DNA of 39,409 nt, taken from positions 1 to 39,409 of the forward strand of contig WJMJ01000028.1 of assembly GCA_014728035.1 (NCBI GenBank), written 5' to 3'. Below are positions 38,220-39,409 of this stretch, piece after piece. A model generated the notes under the pieces. That model saw nothing but the letters and a program-made list of their open reading frames with translations, was not told the DNA's origin and made no database searches. How positions within the stretch are numbered: position 1 is the first letter of the stretch; each line of letters opens with the position of its first letter. The position numbers and the translations under genes are program-made. The stretch comes from Promethearchaeota archaeon (GTDB lineage: Archaea > Asgardarchaeota > Thorarchaeia > Thorarchaeales > Thorarchaeaceae).

Positions 38220-38325
38220 TATAGAACAGTTCATGGAAAAATACTTAGATATACCATTATTATCATATCATCATGAGATATTATGGAAGGTCTATTGTGA
38301 TAAAGTAAACGTAAATGAAATAACA

Positions 38326-38400
38326 TGGGGCCGTATGAGAGAATCGAACTCTCAACCAGTGGACCACAACCACTTATTTTCCCATTAAACTAATACGGCC
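38326..38400 (-). tRNA. tRNA-His(GTG)
   Basis: Encoded G-1, acceptor GCCGTAT/ATACGGC, C73 and CCA; anticodon arm AGTGG-TTGTGGT-CCACT; T-loop TTCGATT. Confidence 0.95.
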
Positions 38401-38405
38401 ATGGT

Positions 38406-38490
38406 TGGCGCTACCGGCAAGTCTCGATCTTGCATACCCGAAGGTATCAGCTTAGCAGACTGACGTTTTTGCCAATTCAACCACGGTAGC
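38406..38490 (-). tRNA. tRNA-Ser(GCT)
   Basis: Acceptor GCTACCG/CGGTAGC, G73, CCA; anticodon loop CTGCTAA; long variable arm TACC-TTCG-GGTA; atypical T-loop ATCGAGA. Confidence 0.9.
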
Positions 38491-38871
38491 TTATATTATT
38501 TTACTGCTATCATACTCGCCATAGTGGATTGCACGATGACAGTTAGAGCATACACATGCACACTTATCAATCTCTGCTAATATACGTTCTTTTGAATATC
38601 TGGCTCGTACCATCCCACTCACCGTGAGGTTTTTGTTATGACGTTTGTGTCCATCTTTATGATGGAAATCAAGAACATACCATCTATCCTCTCCACACAG
38701 TTCACAAGATTTTGTTTGTTTCAGATCAACGTACCATTGCATCAATGTGTGTCGTTTCTCTCGTCGTTTAGCTCGTAAGGCCTCAAGCTCCTCCTCTGAG
38801 AGACTTGCTCTCTTTCTCCTAGCCCATAAGCGTTGATATTCTCGTTGTTTCTCTGGATTCTTATATGGAAT
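38491..38871 (-). CDS. HNH endonuclease embedded in the tRNA array (probable ATT start, 126 aa)
   Basis: CELCG...LDFHH...KCACVCSNCHRAIH. The frame extends upstream of the track start to (I/M)PYKNPEKQREYQR at ATT 38871. Confidence 0.82.
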   Translation of the reverse strand: MPYKNPEKQREYQRLWARRKRASLSEEELEALRAKRREKRHTLMQWYVDLKQTKSCELCGEDRWYVLDFHHKDGHKRHNKNLTVSGMVRARYSKERILAEIDKCACVCSNCHRAIHYGEYDSSKII

Positions 38872-38932
38872 GGTTCGACACCCATCAATCCAGAGAGTTG
38901 AACATTATTTAAACACTTCGGCCTATGAAGAA

Positions 38933-39036
38933 TGGCGCCCTCGCGGGGAATCCCGTAAAGGATGAACACATCCTCTATATCGAACCCCGACCATCTGGGT
39001 GACAACCAGATATCGTTACCAATTGACTACGAGGGC
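38933..39036 (-). tRNA. tRNA-Asp(GTC) with a 29-nt BHB intron at 59/60 (intron 38950-38978)
   Basis: Acceptor GCCCTCG/CGAGGGC, G73, CCA; anticodon arm TCTGG-TTGTCAC-CCAGA; removing the intron restores the T-arm CGGGG-TTCGATT-CCCCG. Confidence 0.93.
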
Positions 39037-39039
39037 ATA

Positions 39040-39130
39040 TGGCGCCACCGACACGATTCGAACGTGCATGTCATGTTTCAGACGACGGTTTTCAAGACCG
39101 CTGGGATAGCCAATTCCCCGACACGGTGGC
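39040..39130 (-). tRNA. tRNA-Ser(TGA)
   Basis: Acceptor GCCACCG/CGGTGGC, G73, CCA; anticodon loop CTTGAAA; long variable arm; T-loop TTCGAAT. Confidence 0.9.
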
Positions 39131-39135
39131 ATATA

Positions 39136-39212
39136 TGGAGCAGAGGGTCGGACTCGAACCGACACATCACAGGTCAACAGCCTGTTCGTCTGACCGATTA
39201 GCGTACCTCTGC
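39136..39212 (-). tRNA. tRNA-Asn(GTT)
   Basis: Acceptor GCAGAGG/CCTCTGC, CCA; anticodon arm ACAGG-CTGTTGA-CCTGT; T-loop TTCGAGT. Confidence 0.88.
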
Positions 39213-39213
39213 A

Positions 39214-39289
39214 TGGAACCTCTGGTGGGAGTTGCACCCACTTACTTTTCCTTACAAGGGAAACGCATTTCTCCATATGCTTCAGAGGC
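39214..39289 (-). tRNA. tRNA-Thr(TGT)
   Basis: Acceptor GCCTCTG/CAGAGGT, U73, CCA; anticodon arm TTTCC-CTTGTAA-GGAAA; T-loop TGCAACT. Confidence 0.85.
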
Positions 39290-39290
39290 A

Positions 39291-39366
39291 TGGAGCTGAA
39301 GATGAGACTTGCACTCATTATCCCCACCTTACCAAGGTGGTGCATGTCTATATATGCTCCTTCAGC
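39291..39366 (-). tRNA. tRNA-Thr(GGT)
   Basis: Acceptor GCTGAAG/CTTCAGC, U73, CCA; anticodon arm CCACC-TTGGTAA-GGTGG; T-loop TGCAAGT. Confidence 0.85.
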
Positions 39367-39409
39367 AATGAAAGTCAGTCGCATCATCATCAAACCAATC
39401 TTCTGAGAG

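Noticed and set aside
38176-38388. ORF running antisense into tRNA-His, or an att site at the tRNA 3' end
   Set aside because: The 5' half may be a real small gene, but no integrase or duplicated tRNA end is visible, so neither call can be supported.
39040-39130. Selenocysteine or opal-suppressor tRNA
   Set aside because: The loop CTTGAAA gives anticodon UGA (reads UCA, Ser), not UCA, and the acceptor stem is a normal 7 bp.
38742-39393. Track ORFs 38742..39005, 38962..39201, 39016..39393 and 39039..39299
   Set aside because: They overlap well-formed tRNA genes or the HNH 5' extension and have no protein motifs.
39367-39409. C/D-box sRNA (TGATGA...CTGA on the minus strand)
   Set aside because: Truncated by the window edge and equally read as a protein C-terminus (LSEDWFDDDATDFHC-stop); cannot be supported.
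1-39409. Alternative genetic code or stop-codon reassignment
   Set aside because: All conserved genes translate full length in the standard code and no suppressor tRNA is present.

Overview
This window is a segment of a large tailed dsDNA virus (Caudoviricetes-type) of an archaeon. The evidence is a terminase large subunit, archaeal BRE/TATA promoters, a PolB resembling TACK-type PolB1 with a C-terminal PIP box, and a tRNA with a bulge-helix-bulge intron. Replication and nucleotide genes include a class II RNR with two inteins, ThyX, dUTPase, PolB with two inteins, a PriS-PriL-SF2 helicase fusion, a second SF2 helicase, a putative SSB, a Sak4-like ATPase, a PD-(D/E)XK nuclease and two DNA methyltransferases. 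Two modules stand out. (1) A tightly packed + strand run (8592-15891) places a Salactin/MreB-like actin, a coiled-coil protein and a wHTH protein directly before the terminase genes, followed by a membrane protein and a MinD/ParA-like ATPase; this is a candidate viral cytomotive DNA-positioning system coupled to packaging. (2) A Ro60/TROVE gene is flanked by two or three previously unannotated Y-RNA-like hairpins. Two share a 15-nt motif and have their own promoters, and one doubles as the Ro60 leader. A DEDD exonuclease, a SLOG protein and a seven-tRNA array (with a 59/60 BHB intron and an ATT-start HNH gene) lie nearby. All family calls come from motif reading by eye; no database searches were run.
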